NCBI RefSeq assembly: GCF_000973505.1
Contig: NZ_CP010048.1
Span: 90,001-122,000 of the forward strand
Length of the DNA: 32,000 nt
DNA from: Candidatus Saccharimonadota bacterium
GTDB lineage: Bacteria > Pseudomonadota > Gammaproteobacteria > Enterobacterales > Enterobacteriaceae
Reading direction: 5' to 3'
Each line of letters starts with the position of its first letter. Within the stretch, counting starts at the first letter, position 1. The translations under genes and the position numbers were made by a program. Of this stretch, positions 18,269-29,117 are shown piece after piece. Under the pieces are notes generated by a model that was not told where the DNA came from, did no database searches, and worked only from the letters and a program-made list of their open reading frames with translations.

Positions 18269-19300
18269 ATGAGATTTATTGACACCGCTGATATTGTTGT
18301 GAGATCTGGTAATGCTGGAAGTACTGTTGTGCATTTTAAAAAACAGAAAAGAGGTGGTTGTCGATATTTTGTCAATTATGGGGGAAATGGAGGAAATGTT
18401 TGGTTAATCACTGATAGAAATTTGAATACGTTAGAGTATTTTTCGTTTAAAAGGAGTTTTTTTGCTGAACATGGTCAAAATGGTCGAAGTCGTGGTTGTC
18501 GAGGGAGGTCTGGGAGAGATGTTTTTATTCGTGTTCCGATAGGGACACGGGTGTATGATCGAAGTTCTAATGAATTAATTGCTGATTTAGTGTTTGATAG
18601 TGATGAGTTAATGATAGTTAAAGGGGGTGTGTGTTCGTCTTTAGGGTGTGGGAAATTTCGTAATAGAAAAAAGTATAGTACGTATCAAGAATTAGTAGAT
18701 TTTTTAGGTGTTTCTTCTAAAAGTCATGAATGTTCTGGAAATCAGCGTGATATTAGGTTGGAATTATTATTGTTGGCAGATGTAGGAATGTTAGGGTTGC
18801 CTAATTCTGGGAAGTCTACTTTTGTTCGTGCTGTATCTGCTGCTAAACCTAAAGTAGCGAATTATCCTTTTACTACTTTATTTCCATGTTTAGGGGTGGT
18901 ATATGTTAATGGCGATCGTTTTGTGATAGCGGATATTCCTGGTTTAATTCAGGGGGCTAGTGTTGGTTTAGGACTTGGAATATCTTTTTTGAAACATTTG
19001 CAACGTTGTCGTATGTTGTTACATATTATTGATATTGTTCCTATTGAATATTCTGTAATTTTAGATAATGTTAGAATTATTATGAGTGAATTAAAGTCTT
19101 ATAGTAGAGAATTGGCTTGTAAACCGATCTGGTTAATTTTTAATAAAATTGATTTATTAAGTATTAATGAATTGAACGATAAAGTTAGATGTATTCTACA
19201 TGCTTTAGATTGGAAGAATAAATATTATTTGATTTCTTCAAAAAATCAATTTGGTCTTAAAGAGTTATGTTTAGATTTAATTAAATTTATTAATGATTGA
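18269..19300 (+). CDS. obgE: GTPase ObgE/CgtA
   Basis: 343 aa from the ATG at 18269 (MRFIDTADIVV vs E. coli MKFVDEASILV). G domain intact: LLADVGMLGLPNSGKSTF (G1), AKPKVANYPFTTL, ADIPGLI (G3), FLKHLQRCRMLLH, FNKIDLL (G4), KYYLISS. The N-terminal Obg fold and the C-terminus are degenerate or shortened (see finding). Confidence 0.93.
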   Translation: MRFIDTADIVVRSGNAGSTVVHFKKQKRGGCRYFVNYGGNGGNVWLITDRNLNTLEYFSFKRSFFAEHGQNGRSRGCRGRSGRDVFIRVPIGTRVYDRSSNELIADLVFDSDELMIVKGGVCSSLGCGKFRNRKKYSTYQELVDFLGVSSKSHECSGNQRDIRLELLLLADVGMLGLPNSGKSTFVRAVSAAKPKVANYPFTTLFPCLGVVYVNGDRFVIADIPGLIQGASVGLGLGISFLKHLQRCRMLLHIIDIVPIEYSVILDNVRIIMSELKSYSRELACKPIWLIFNKIDLLSINELNDKVRCILHALDWKNKYYLISSKNQFGLKELCLDLIKFIND

Positions 19301-20271
19301 TGAATATATTAAAGAAGTTGGATTATTAAATTAAATTATGTATTAGTCTTCTGTAAGATAGCATGTTTTTATTAAGTATTTTAATTGATATCGTGATGTG
19401 TAAATTGTATTAATTTACATTAAAGTATAAAAGTATAGTTGACCATGTATTGTGTGTGTTGTTTTGTAGTAATTGTAGGTGTGTTTTTGTATTTGGTTGT
19501 TTATAAAATATGTGTAGGTATTATTTGGTTATTTTTATAGAGATAAGTGATTAGAATGTGTTTTAAATTATTTATAATTATTTTATTAACGTTGAGTTAA
19601 TTTACTTTAATTTATTTGTTTATTCGTATTGTATATTGTCATACTTAATTAAAGAATTAAAGATATATTTTTTATTAAGTATTTTTAGTGTATTAGTATA
19701 TTACATAGTGATGTTTTTTTAGATATGTGTAAATGGCTGACATGTTTATATGAATAATTTTAGCATCAGTGATGATATAATTTTTATTATTGTTTAAGTT
19801 TGATTTTTGTTGTTTATGCTATGTGATATATATTTTGAATAAAATTAGATAAATTTCATAAGTATGTGTGAATTAATTTATATTAAATTATTTTTCTATT
19901 TATGTTATTTTTGGTTTATGTTTTGTAGAGTATTTAATGTGTAAAACCATGAAATGTTTTAGATTATTTTTTATTTGAAGGATTAATTTGTGGTTAATTG
20001 TTTTACATCTTTGTATGTGCATGTATATTGATTATATTGCATGACTTTTAAACAGTTATTATTGTAATTTTTTTAGTAAGTATAAGACCCATATTATTAA
20101 ATCTTTATAGATTGGGATTACATGTTTTTAATATAAAAATAGTTCTCGTTGTTTTAATGTCAATTGATTTTTAACTTTTTTTATTATTGATAATTGGGTA
20201 TTTTTGCATGGGTTGATAGTATTGTGAGTATTTTGTTTTTTTAGGTGCAGTAATTTATATGGAGGTTAATT

Positions 20272-20748
20272 ATGAAAAAGACTCCGATGACTTTACGTGG
20301 TGCTGAACAGTTAAGAAAGGAATTATATTTTTTGAAAAATGTACGAAGGCCTTTAATTATTAAAGATATTTCTGAAGCTCGTGAACATGGTGATTTAAAA
20401 GAGAATGCTGAGTATTATGCAGCTCGTGAACAACAAAGTTTTTGTGAAGGCCGCATTCAAGAAATAGAAGAAAAACTTTTTCATGCGCATATTATTGATA
20501 TTAGTAAATTATCTCCAAGTACCAGAGTGGTGTTTGGGGCAACTGTCAGCATTGAAAATTTAAATACGGAAGATCGGAAGACATATCGTATTGTGGGTGA
20601 TGATGAAGCGAATTTTAGAGAGAATATGATTTCTATTAATTCGCCAATTGCCCGAGGGTTAGTTGGTAAAGAAGAGGGTGATATTGTTATGATAAATACA
20701 CCTGGAGGAAATGTGGGATATGAAATACTTAAGGTGGAGTATTTATAG
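20272..20748 (+). CDS. greA: transcription elongation/cleavage factor GreA
   Basis: 158 aa, same length as E. coli GreA: [48 protein letters not shown] (the acidic tip D/E is retained), [39 protein letters not shown] at 20261-20265. Confidence 0.97.
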   Translation: MKKTPMTLRGAEQLRKELYFLKNVRRPLIIKDISEAREHGDLKENAEYYAAREQQSFCEGRIQEIEEKLFHAHIIDISKLSPSTRVVFGATVSIENLNTEDRKTYRIVGDDEANFRENMISINSPIARGLVGKEEGDIVMINTPGGNVGYEILKVEYL

Positions 20749-21260
20749 GAATTTGTTATTAAGATCGTTTATATGATTAGTAGAAAGTTATATAATATTT
20801 AATAAATATGGGTAACATAATTTATTGATGTTTGTCGTGGATGAATTTTTTATACTTAGAATATTTAAAATAATGTTTTTGTGTATTATATAATGTTTGG
20901 AATTTTGTATTCAGTATGTAAAAATTGACAAAATATTTTATACACATGATGTATCTCGATGTTAAAATGCAACCAATTATGAGTATATTTAGATTTTGAT
21001 TTATTTTTTATGAATAAATTGTATTGAGTTCAATGTTCATTGCAGCTGAAATATATTTTAATGCTTATTTTTTTGGTATAATTTAGAATAATTTGTTATT
21101 GGTTTAGTTATAATATTTTTTATTGAATAAATAAATTAATTATTTATATCATGTTGTAATTATACTTTTGAGTAATATGTTAAAATTGGAATTTTATTAT
21201 ATTATATATTTTTTGTAGTTTATTTTATAAGTGTGATTTTTGTATAATTTTTAAAAATGG

Positions 21261-21899
21261 ATGAAAAAATTTAAACGTTTTTCACATATTAGGCATAGTA
21301 AGTGGTTACAAGAACATTGTAATGATCAATATGTTAAACGAGCAAAACAGATTCAGGTGCGGTCTCGTGCGTGGTTTAAGCTTTGTGAAATAGATCGTAT
21401 TGATTCTTTGTTTTATCCTGTGATGAGTGTGGTAGATCTCGGGGCAGCTCCTGGTGGTTGGTCACAATATGTAAGAAGAAAATTAGGTCAACATGGACGT
21501 ATTATAGCTTGTGATATTTTACCCATGGATAGAATTAGTGGTGTTTATTTTTTAAAAGGGGATATTTGTGATTCGAATATGTTATATATGTTAATTAATT
21601 TAGTAAATAACGAAAAAGTAAATATTGTCTTATCTGATATGTCTCCAAATCTTAGCGGCATAGCTAATATTGATGTATCTAAATCAATAGATTTAGGAGA
21701 GGCGGCTTTGCGAGTGTGTAAGTGTATTTTGATATTTGGCGGTAGTTTTTTAGTAAAAATTTTTCAAGGAGAAGGTTTTGATGAATATTTAGGGAATGTG
21801 TGTTCTTTATTTCATACAGTTAAAATTCGTAAACCTGATGCTTCTAATATACGTTCTCGTGAGGTATATATTGTTGCAAAAGGATATAATAAATTATAA
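21261..21899 (+). CDS. rlmE: 23S rRNA (uridine2552-2'-O)-methyltransferase RlmE (FtsJ/RrmJ)
   Basis: 212 aa: [39 protein letters not shown] (SAM motif), [56 protein letters not shown]. Immediately upstream of ftsH, as in E. coli. Confidence 0.96.
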   Translation: MKKFKRFSHIRHSKWLQEHCNDQYVKRAKQIQVRSRAWFKLCEIDRIDSLFYPVMSVVDLGAAPGGWSQYVRRKLGQHGRIIACDILPMDRISGVYFLKGDICDSNMLYMLINLVNNEKVNIVLSDMSPNLSGIANIDVSKSIDLGEAALRVCKCILIFGGSFLVKIFQGEGFDEYLGNVCSLFHTVKIRKPDASNIRSREVYIVAKGYNKL

Positions 21900-21949
21900 T
21901 TCCCGCCCGTATATGCTAATTATTTTATGAGGTGAATCTTTTGAGCGAC

Positions 21950-23872
21950 ATGGCGAAGAATTTAGTTCTTTGGTTGGTTATTGCAGTGGTATTAATGTCA
22001 TTATTTCAAAATTTTGGGCCAAGCGATTCAAATAGTCGTAAGGTTGATTATTCAACATTTGTATTTGAATTAAGTCAAGATCAAATCAAAGAGGCACGTA
22101 TTAATGGTCGTGAGATTAATGTAGTTAAAAAAGATAGTACGCGATATATTACATATATTCCTGTTAATGATCCTAAATTGTTAGATATGCTTTTGAGTAA
22201 GAAGGTTAAGATAGTTGGTGAACCTACAGAAGAACCGAGTTTATTAGCATCTATTTTTATTTCTTGGTTTCCGATGTTGTTATTGATTGGTGTATGGATT
22301 TTTTTTATGCGTCAAATGCAAGGTGGTGGTAAAGGAGCTATGTCGTTTGGTAAAAGTAAAGCACGTATGTTAACAGAGAATCAAATTAAAACTACTTTTG
22401 CTGATGTTGCTGGTTGTGATGAGGCTAAGGAGGAAGTTAGTGAATTAGTAGATTATTTGCGAGAACCTAGTCGTTTTCAGAAATTAGGTGGAAAAATCCC
22501 GAAAGGTGTTTTGATGGTAGGACCTCCTGGTACTGGTAAAACTCTTTTGGCTAAGGCTATTGCAGGTGAAGCTAAAGTGCCATTTTTTACTATTTCTGGT
22601 TCTGATTTTGTAGAAATGTTTGTGGGGGTAGGAGCTTCGCGAGTTAGAGATATGTTTGAACAGGGCAAGAAGTCCGCACCATGTATTATTTTTATAGATG
22701 AAATTGATGCAGTTGGTCGGCAACGAGGTGCTGGTTTAGGAGGTGGGCATGATGAACGAGAGCAAACATTAAATCAAATGTTGGTAGAGATGGATGGTTT
22801 TGAGGGTAATGAAGGTGTTATTGTAATAGCTGCTACTAATCGTCCAGATGTATTAGATCCAGCTCTTTTACGTCCTGGTCGTTTTGATCGTCAGGTAATA
22901 GTTGGTTTGCCTGATATACGTGGTCGTGAGCAAATATTAAAGGTGCATATACGTCATGTACCCTTGTCATCAGATGTGGATGTATTAGTTATTGCTCGGG
23001 GTACTCCTGGATTTTCTGGTGCAGATTTAGCGAATCTTGTAAATGAATCTGCATTGTTTGCTGCACGTGATAACAAAAATGTGGTTTCTATGATAGAGTT
23101 TGAGAAGGCTAAGGATAAAATCATGATGGGTGCCGAACGGCGTTCTATGGTTATGACTGAGTTGCAACGTGAATCGACCGCATATCATGAATCTGGTCAT
23201 GCAATTATTGGTCGATTATTACCTGAGCATGATCCAGTTCATAAGGTGACTATTATTCCTCGTGGTCGTGCTTTGGGAGTGACATTTTTTTTACCTAAAG
23301 CAGATGTAATTAGTGCTAGTCGACAAAAATTAGAGAGTCAAATTTCTACATTATATGGTGGTCGTCTTGCAGAGGAAATTATTTATGGGGTTGATAAAGT
23401 GTCAACCGGTGCTTCTAATGATATTAAAATTGCTACTTCTATTGCTCGCAATATGGTAACCCAGTGGGGTTTTTCTGATAAGCTTGGTCCATTATTGTAT
23501 TCCGAGGAAGACGAAGAAGTTTTTTTAGGTCGTTCCGTACTTAAAGCAAAGCATATGTCTGATGAGACGGCACGTATTATAGATCAAGAGATAAAATCTT
23601 TAATTGAACGTAATTATAATCGTGCACGTGATTTACTTTTAGAAAATATAGATATATTACATGCTATGAAGGATGCATTAATGAAATATGAAACTATTGA
23701 TTCGAATCAAATTGAAGATTTAATGAGTAGAAAGTTAATACGACATCCAGATGATTGGTATGATGAGGAAGAGATTGGTTCTGTTAAAAAAACTGTATTT
23801 CCTCATAATGATCATGAGGGCGTAGTTGATACTTCTTCTAGAAGAAGTGATTCGGATTTAATTAATAATTAA
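21950..23872 (+). CDS. ftsH: ATP-dependent zinc metalloprotease FtsH
   Basis: Very high identity to E. coli FtsH from [17 protein letters not shown] onward. Walker A GPPGTGKT, Walker [31 protein letters not shown], zinc motif HESGH. Start is ambiguous: the ATG at 21950 corresponds to the E. coli 644-aa form, while an in-frame TTG at 21941 sits 8 nt from the GAGG at 21929-21932. The GTG at 21932 in the ORF track overlaps that SD and is unlikely. Confidence 0.96.
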   Translation: MAKNLVLWLVIAVVLMSLFQNFGPSDSNSRKVDYSTFVFELSQDQIKEARINGREINVVKKDSTRYITYIPVNDPKLLDMLLSKKVKIVGEPTEEPSLLASIFISWFPMLLLIGVWIFFMRQMQGGGKGAMSFGKSKARMLTENQIKTTFADVAGCDEAKEEVSELVDYLREPSRFQKLGGKIPKGVLMVGPPGTGKTLLAKAIAGEAKVPFFTISGSDFVEMFVGVGASRVRDMFEQGKKSAPCIIFIDEIDAVGRQRGAGLGGGHDEREQTLNQMLVEMDGFEGNEGVIVIAATNRPDVLDPALLRPGRFDRQVIVGLPDIRGREQILKVHIRHVPLSSDVDVLVIARGTPGFSGADLANLVNESALFAARDNKNVVSMIEFEKAKDKIMMGAERRSMVMTELQRESTAYHESGHAIIGRLLPEHDPVHKVTIIPRGRALGVTFFLPKADVISASRQKLESQISTLYGGRLAEEIIYGVDKVSTGASNDIKIATSIARNMVTQWGFSDKLGPLLYSEEDEEVFLGRSVLKAKHMSDETARIIDQEIKSLIERNYNRARDLLLENIDILHAMKDALMKYETIDSNQIEDLMSRKLIRHPDDWYDEEEIGSVKKTVFPHNDHEGVVDTSSRRSDSDLINN

Positions 23873-23952
23873 TCGTTATATATTTTTGAGCTATTATGGC
23901 GGGATTGTATTTATTGTTTTTTAATTATAATGTGGAGAGCAACGTCTGAAGA

Positions 23953-24819
23953 ATGATGCAACAATACATTATAAATGATAGCGTTTTGAGTTTTTCTGAA
24001 ATACAAGTTATGGGTATTTTGAATTGTACGACAGATTCGTTTTTTGATGGAGGGAAGTACGTTTCTATTGATAAGGCGATTGATCATGTTGCTAATATGG
24101 TGCGTTTAGGGGCTGATTTTATTGATGTTGGTGGTGAGTCTACCCGTCCAGGTTCTATTGAAGTTGATGAAGATGAGGAACTTTGTCGTGTTGTTCCTGT
24201 TGTGGATGAGATATCTAGACGTTTTGATGTTTTTATTTCTGTAAATACTTCAAAGGCTTTGGTGATGCGTGAAAGTGCAGAAGTTGGGGCTCATTTAATT
24301 AATGATGTTCGTTCTTTAAGTAAACCAGGAACGATGGAGGTTTTTTTAGATTATCCTAAGTTATCAATATGTTTAATGCATATGCAAGGTTCTCCAGATA
24401 ACATGCAAAAATCCCCCCGTTATAATAATGTTGTTCAGGAAGTTAATGATTATTTTGTAGAACAAATCAATAGGTGTGAATTTTTTGGAATTAGCAGGAA
24501 TCGTTTATTGATTGATCTTGGTTTTGGTTTTGGTAAAACATTATTTCATAATTATAAATTATTAGCAAATTTGATGAGTTTTCGTCATTTTAAGTTACCA
24601 TTATTGGTTGGTATATCAAGAAAATCAATGTTAGATGTGTTTGGGGATACTCCTCCCCGTAAAAGATTAATTGTTAGTATTTCATCTGCGGTTATTGCAG
24701 CTATGCAGGGTGTACAAATACTTCGTGTGCATGATGTTAAAGAGACTATAGAAGCTCTTCGAATTGTTCGTGCTACGATTCAAGAAAACAGGAAAATTTT
24801 TTCATATGGGTCGAAATAG
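23953..24819 (+). CDS. folP: dihydropteroate synthase
   Basis: 288 aa vs 282 aa in E. coli: [90 protein letters not shown]. The 3' end overlaps glmM by 14 nt. Confidence 0.95.
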   Translation: MMQQYIINDSVLSFSEIQVMGILNCTTDSFFDGGKYVSIDKAIDHVANMVRLGADFIDVGGESTRPGSIEVDEDEELCRVVPVVDEISRRFDVFISVNTSKALVMRESAEVGAHLINDVRSLSKPGTMEVFLDYPKLSICLMHMQGSPDNMQKSPRYNNVVQEVNDYFVEQINRCEFFGISRNRLLIDLGFGFGKTLFHNYKLLANLMSFRHFKLPLLVGISRKSMLDVFGDTPPRKRLIVSISSAVIAAMQGVQILRVHDVKETIEALRIVRATIQENRKIFSYGSK

Positions 24820-26167
24820 ATATTTCGGTACTGATGGAATTCGTGGGCAAGTTGGAAAATTTCCTATTGTTCCGGAATTTATTTTTAAGCTTGGTTGGTC
24901 GATTGGTCGTGTACTGTCTAAGAATGGGTTAAATACAGTAGTTATTGGAAAGGATACGCGTATTTCTAGTCATATGTTAGAGGCTACTTTAGTGGCTGGT
25001 TTATTGTCTTCCGGTGTTGTATCTGTTATGTTTAGCGGTGTTATACCTACTCCGGCTATAGCATATTTAACTCGTGTATTTCGTGCTATGGCTGGTGTTG
25101 TAATTTCCGCTTCTCATAATCCGTTTTATGATAATGGTGTGAAATGTTTTTCTATGAAGGGTGTGAAATTATCTTTTGATTTTGAAAAAGCAATTGAGTT
25201 AGAAATAGATAATAGAAAAACTTTTAATTATGTTGTTGATTCTGTAGGATTTAACAAGTCGAGTTATATTGTTGATGCTGCGATTCGTTATATTGAATTT
25301 TGTAAAGCGACATTTCCAAGTGATTTAACTCTTAGAGATTTTAAAATTGTATTAGATTGTGCTAATGGAGCTTCATATTATGTTGCTCCTAATGTGTTAT
25401 GTGAACTTGGTGCAACCGTGCAGTGTGTTAATTGCCAACCAAATGGCATTAATATTAACAAGGAATGTGGAACTACTGATATTCGTCAGTTGAAAAATTT
25501 GGTGATACAAGAAAAAGCTCATTTGGGTATTGCGTATGATGGTGATGCTGATCGGGTAATTATGGTAGATCATTTAGGTAATAAAGTGGATGGAGATCAA
25601 ATATTGTATATTATTGCTCGTGACAGATATAGGAGTTCCCAGTTGTTTGGAGGAGTAGTTGGTACTCAGATGAGTAATATGGGTTTAGAGTTATCGTTAA
25701 AAACATTGGGCGTTCCATTTGTACGTTCTAATGTAGGTGATCGTTCTATTTTTTCTATGATGCAAAAAAAAAGATGGTATATTGGTGGAGAGAATTCTGG
25801 GCATATTATTCTTTTAGACAAATCTACTGCTGGAGATGCTATTATCGCGTGTCTTCAAGTTTTATTAGCGATGGTTAATAATCAAATTAGTTTATATGAT
25901 TTATGTAAAGGGATCTATTTATTCCCTCAGGTCTTGTTAAACGTTCCTTTTGTATGTTCTGGTGATCCTTTGAAATATAGTGTGATTAGGAATATTATTC
26001 AAGAAGTTAAGAATGAATTAGGAAGGGATGGTCGTGTTTTTTTGCGAATGTCTGGGACAGAACCATGTATTCGTATTATGGTGGAAGGAAAGTATTATAA
26101 TCAAGTTACTGATTTAGCAAACAAAATTGTTGATGTATTGAAAAATATTAATGATGAGTTTAGTTAA
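24806..26167 (+). CDS. glmM: phosphoglucosamine mutase
   Basis: Homology to E. coli GlmM begins at the ATG at 24806 ([17 protein letters not shown] vs [17 protein letters not shown]). Active-site Ser loop [13 protein letters not shown], metal loop [52 protein letters not shown]. The ORF-track start at 24764 lies inside folP and adds 14 unsupported residues. Confidence 0.96.
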   Translation: MGRNRYFGTDGIRGQVGKFPIVPEFIFKLGWSIGRVLSKNGLNTVVIGKDTRISSHMLEATLVAGLLSSGVVSVMFSGVIPTPAIAYLTRVFRAMAGVVISASHNPFYDNGVKCFSMKGVKLSFDFEKAIELEIDNRKTFNYVVDSVGFNKSSYIVDAAIRYIEFCKATFPSDLTLRDFKIVLDCANGASYYVAPNVLCELGATVQCVNCQPNGININKECGTTDIRQLKNLVIQEKAHLGIAYDGDADRVIMVDHLGNKVDGDQILYIIARDRYRSSQLFGGVVGTQMSNMGLELSLKTLGVPFVRSNVGDRSIFSMMQKKRWYIGGENSGHIILLDKSTAGDAIIACLQVLLAMVNNQISLYDLCKGIYLFPQVLLNVPFVCSGDPLKYSVIRNIIQEVKNELGRDGRVFLRMSGTEPCIRIMVEGKYYNQVTDLANKIVDVLKNINDEFS

Positions 26168-26266
26168 TTTTTGTGTTTGATTATTTTATAGTTTTTTTTA
26201 AAAAGTTCATTACATTTATAATATATTTATATTTACACAATATAATGATAGTGTGGATCAAATAAT

Positions 26267-26611
26267 ATGTATACTATTTTTTTGGTAATATATTTGTTGG
26301 TAGCGATAAGTTTAGTTGTATTAATTATGTTGCAACATGGGAGAGGTATTGATTTTGGAGGTGATGCTTTTAATGTTCGGTCTACATTAGGAGGGTGGAG
26401 TACTAATCTTGTTGGTAATTTTATGACTCGTTTAATAACTGTATTAGGGGTGTTGTTTTTTTTTCTTAGTTTGTTATTAGGGAATATTAATAATCAACAT
26501 AATCATGAAGAGAATAGTAGTATTGATGATAGTCGTTCATTACAAAAATTGCATGATGATGCTAAAGTTAGCAGTGTAGTAGAGAATATACCCAAATCAT
26601 TATTATGGTAA
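26267..26611 (+). CDS. secG: preprotein translocase subunit SecG
   Basis: 114 aa with two hydrophobic segments. LVVLIMLQHGRG vs E. coli LVGLIMLQQGKG; GNFMTRLITVLGVLFFFLSLLLGNIN vs GNFMTRMTALLATLFFIISLVLGNIN. Followed by tRNA-Leu, as in the E. coli secG-leuU unit. Confidence 0.93.
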   Translation: MYTIFLVIYLLVAISLVVLIMLQHGRGIDFGGDAFNVRSTLGGWSTNLVGNFMTRLITVLGVLFFFLSLLLGNINNQHNHEENSSIDDSRSLQKLHDDAKVSSVVENIPKSLLW

Positions 26612-26760
26612 TTTTTTTATGTTAATATTTGTTTTGTGAGATGAATTAGTGTATTTTTTTTGTATTAATATGATAAATAGTAATATTTATGTTGATGGTG
26701 TGATTTTTGTTATTGTGGTGAATGTTGTTTATAATTGTATTATGTATACTGTTGGTAGAT

Positions 26761-26844
26761 ACCGAGGTGGTGGAATTGGTAGACACGCTACTTTGAGGTG
26801 GTAGTGCCCAGTTGGGAGTACGGGTTCAAGTCCCGTCCTCGGTA
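26761..26844 (+). tRNA. leuU: tRNA-Leu (anticodon GAG), long variable arm, no encoded 3' CCA
   Basis: Cloverleaf read by eye: acceptor ACCGAGG / CCTCGGT plus discriminator A (26844); D arm GTGGAATTGGTAGACAC; anticodon stem-loop CTACT-TTGAGGT-GGTAG (GAG); variable arm GCCCAGTTGGGA; T arm CGGGTTCAAGTCCCG. Near-identical to E. coli leuU as I recall it. The next bases are TAG, not CCA. Confidence 0.93.
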
Positions 26845-26931
26845 TAGATTTTATTGAGAAAAAGATAATTTGCTTTTTTATTTGTATTGGCGTATCATCA
26901 AAATTAATGTCTTGATAGTTTTGATATGAGA

Positions 26932-27008
<77 letters not shown>

Positions 27009-27527
27009 TGCCATGTATGTATGATGTAGTGGCATTGATTTGTTTGAGTGATGCTATTTGTGTTCTGTTTAATTATATTTATTTTGGGTAGTGTGTTGTG
27101 TTTTGTTATTTTATAGTTTTGATATTTTAAGTTAATATTTTGTTAATTCATAATACTAACGTTTCTGTATTAGAAAGATTTTATTTATAAATTTATTATT
27201 ATTTTAGAATAAATAATATGGCAATGTTTTTTTGTAGATACATTGTTACTTTTGTCGTATTATTTATAAGTATTCGTTGGTTCTATTGTTTTAAATATGC
27301 CTGTTGTTGTGTGTTGTTGGATATGTGTGTATTTTTTTACATTAACGTATTTGATATCATCATAAGTAAAGCTTAGTGTATTTTCCCAGATAGGAAAAAT
27401 CTCGTTTTTTTGTTTCGTTATACATACATAAACTATAAACAGGATTTATTGTATAGTTTGTCAATTAAAGAAGGTTATTGATTAAAAAATATTATTAGTA
27501 TTTATTAATTTGTGTGAGGCATCTGGG

Positions 27528-28823
27528 ATGAATAAAGAAATTCTAGCTGTTGTTGAATCTGTATCTAACGAAAAAGGTGTTCCGAGAGAAAAAATTTTTG
27601 AAGCGCTTGAGATTGCTCTATCGGTTGCTACTAAAAAAAAATATGAACGAGATGTTGATGTACGTATTAATATTGATCGCAAGTCTGGGGATTTTGAAAC
27701 ATTTCGTCGTTGGTTAATTGTAGAAAAAGTTACCCAACCTACTCGTGAAATTACTTTAGAGGCTGCCCAATTTGATGATCCTTCGGCACAGCTTAATGAA
27801 TATGTTGAAGATAAAGTGTCATCCATAGTATTTGATAGAATTACTACTCAAACTGCTAAACAAGTGATTGTACAAAAGGTACGTGAAGCTGAACGAGCTA
27901 TGCTTGTGGATTATTTTCGTGATCGTGAAGGTAGTATTGTTACGGGTATAGTGAAAAAAGTATATCGTGATAGTATGAGTGTTGATCTTGGTAATAATGC
28001 GGAAGCTGTAATTAATCGAGATGAGATGTTGCCGGGTGAAACTTTCAGGGCTGGTGATCGAATTCGTGGTGTTTTATATTCTGTACGTCCAGAAGTTCGT
28101 GGTCCCCAACTTTTTATTAGCCGTTCTCGTTCAGAAATGTTAGTGGAGTTATTTCGTATTGAAGTTCCTGAAATTGGAGAAGAGTTAATTGAGATTAAAG
28201 CTGCTGCTAGAGATGCTGGTTCGCGTGCGAAAATTGCTGTTAAAACAAATGATAAACGAATTGATCCTATTGGTGCATGCGTGGGTATGCGTGGTGCTCG
28301 GGTGCAGGCTGTATCGAGTGAGTTATCTGGTGAACGAATTGATGTTGTGTTGTGGGATGACAATGCGGCACAGTTTGTTATTAATGCTATGGCACCTGCG
28401 GATGTTGTATCTATCATTGTGGATGAAGACAAACATATGATGGATATTGCGGTAGAGTCCAATAATCTTGCTCAAGCTATTGGTAGAAATGGACAAAATG
28501 TTCGTTTAGTTTCCCAATTAAGTGGTTGGGAATTAAATGTAATGACTGTTGAAGATTTAAAAAAGAAACGCCAAATAGAATGTAATGAATCTATTAAAAT
28601 GTTTAGTAGATGTTTAGATATCAGTGAAGAACTATCAAGTATTTTAGTGGAATCAGGTTTTTTTTCTTTGGAAGAATTAGCATATATTCCGATCAATGAG
28701 TTATTGGTTAGTCTTGGTGACAAAAATATTAGTAAAGATATGATATATTTTTTACGTGATCAGGCACAGAAGGCTTTAAATGGAGTTATTACAGATGAAG
28801 AAAAAGATTATAATTTAGTTTAA
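27528..28823 (+). CDS. nusA: transcription termination/antitermination factor NusA (lacks C-terminal AR2 domain)
   Basis: Homology begins at the ATG at 27528 ([28 protein letters not shown] vs E. coli [28 protein letters not shown]), with GAGG at 27515-27518. S1 and KH regions are conserved: [83 protein letters not shown]. 431 aa vs 495 aa in E. coli. Confidence 0.96.
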   Translation: MNKEILAVVESVSNEKGVPREKIFEALEIALSVATKKKYERDVDVRINIDRKSGDFETFRRWLIVEKVTQPTREITLEAAQFDDPSAQLNEYVEDKVSSIVFDRITTQTAKQVIVQKVREAERAMLVDYFRDREGSIVTGIVKKVYRDSMSVDLGNNAEAVINRDEMLPGETFRAGDRIRGVLYSVRPEVRGPQLFISRSRSEMLVELFRIEVPEIGEELIEIKAAARDAGSRAKIAVKTNDKRIDPIGACVGMRGARVQAVSSELSGERIDVVLWDDNAAQFVINAMAPADVVSIIVDEDKHMMDIAVESNNLAQAIGRNGQNVRLVSQLSGWELNVMTVEDLKKKRQIECNESIKMFSRCLDISEELSSILVESGFFSLEELAYIPINELLVSLGDKNISKDMIYFLRDQAQKALNGVITDEEKDYNLV

Positions 28824-29117
28824 AGATTTAACGTATTGATATTTCAATATATTTGAAATGGCTTTTATTGTATTTACTGATGATAGTATCAAGAAAGTAA
28901 TGAAATGTTTTAGTGGATGTTAGTGTTTATGTTCTTTTTAGAGATTTTTATAATAGTAATTATAATTATATTAAATATATAGTTTTGTTTAGTTAATGTA
29001 TGGCAGTATTAAAAATGTACAGTTGTATTATAGTTATACAGTCGTATTAGTGTAGTTGGTGAGTAATATTTGGTAATATACAATAAATGATATTTAGTAA
29101 TATATAAGGAATATAAA

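Noticed and set aside
19366-19684. 16-nt direct repeat TTTTTATTAAGTATTT at 19366-19381 and 19669-19684 in the obgE-greA spacer.
   Set aside because: With this T-rich composition, a handful of 16-mers are expected to recur by chance across 32 kb. There is no further flanking similarity, so there is no evidence of a repeat element.
20925-20930. Perfect TTGACA -35 hexamer in the greA-rlmE spacer, and many TATAAT-like hexamers upstream of genes (for example 26737-26742 before tRNA-Leu and 21242-21247 before rlmE).
   Set aside because: The TTGACA has no acceptable -10 at 16-18 nt spacing. TATAAT-like words are abundant by chance at about 80% AT. I cannot separate real promoters from background by eye, so none are reported as features.
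27218-27376. 52-codon ORF (MAMFFCRYIVTFVVLFISIRWFYCFKYACCC...) in the metY-nusA spacer as a possible small membrane protein.
   Set aside because: There is no SD, and the composition is what T/G-rich spacer gives when translated (Phe, Val, Cys, Leu). It has no similarity to RimP. It would need conservation or expression data before being called.
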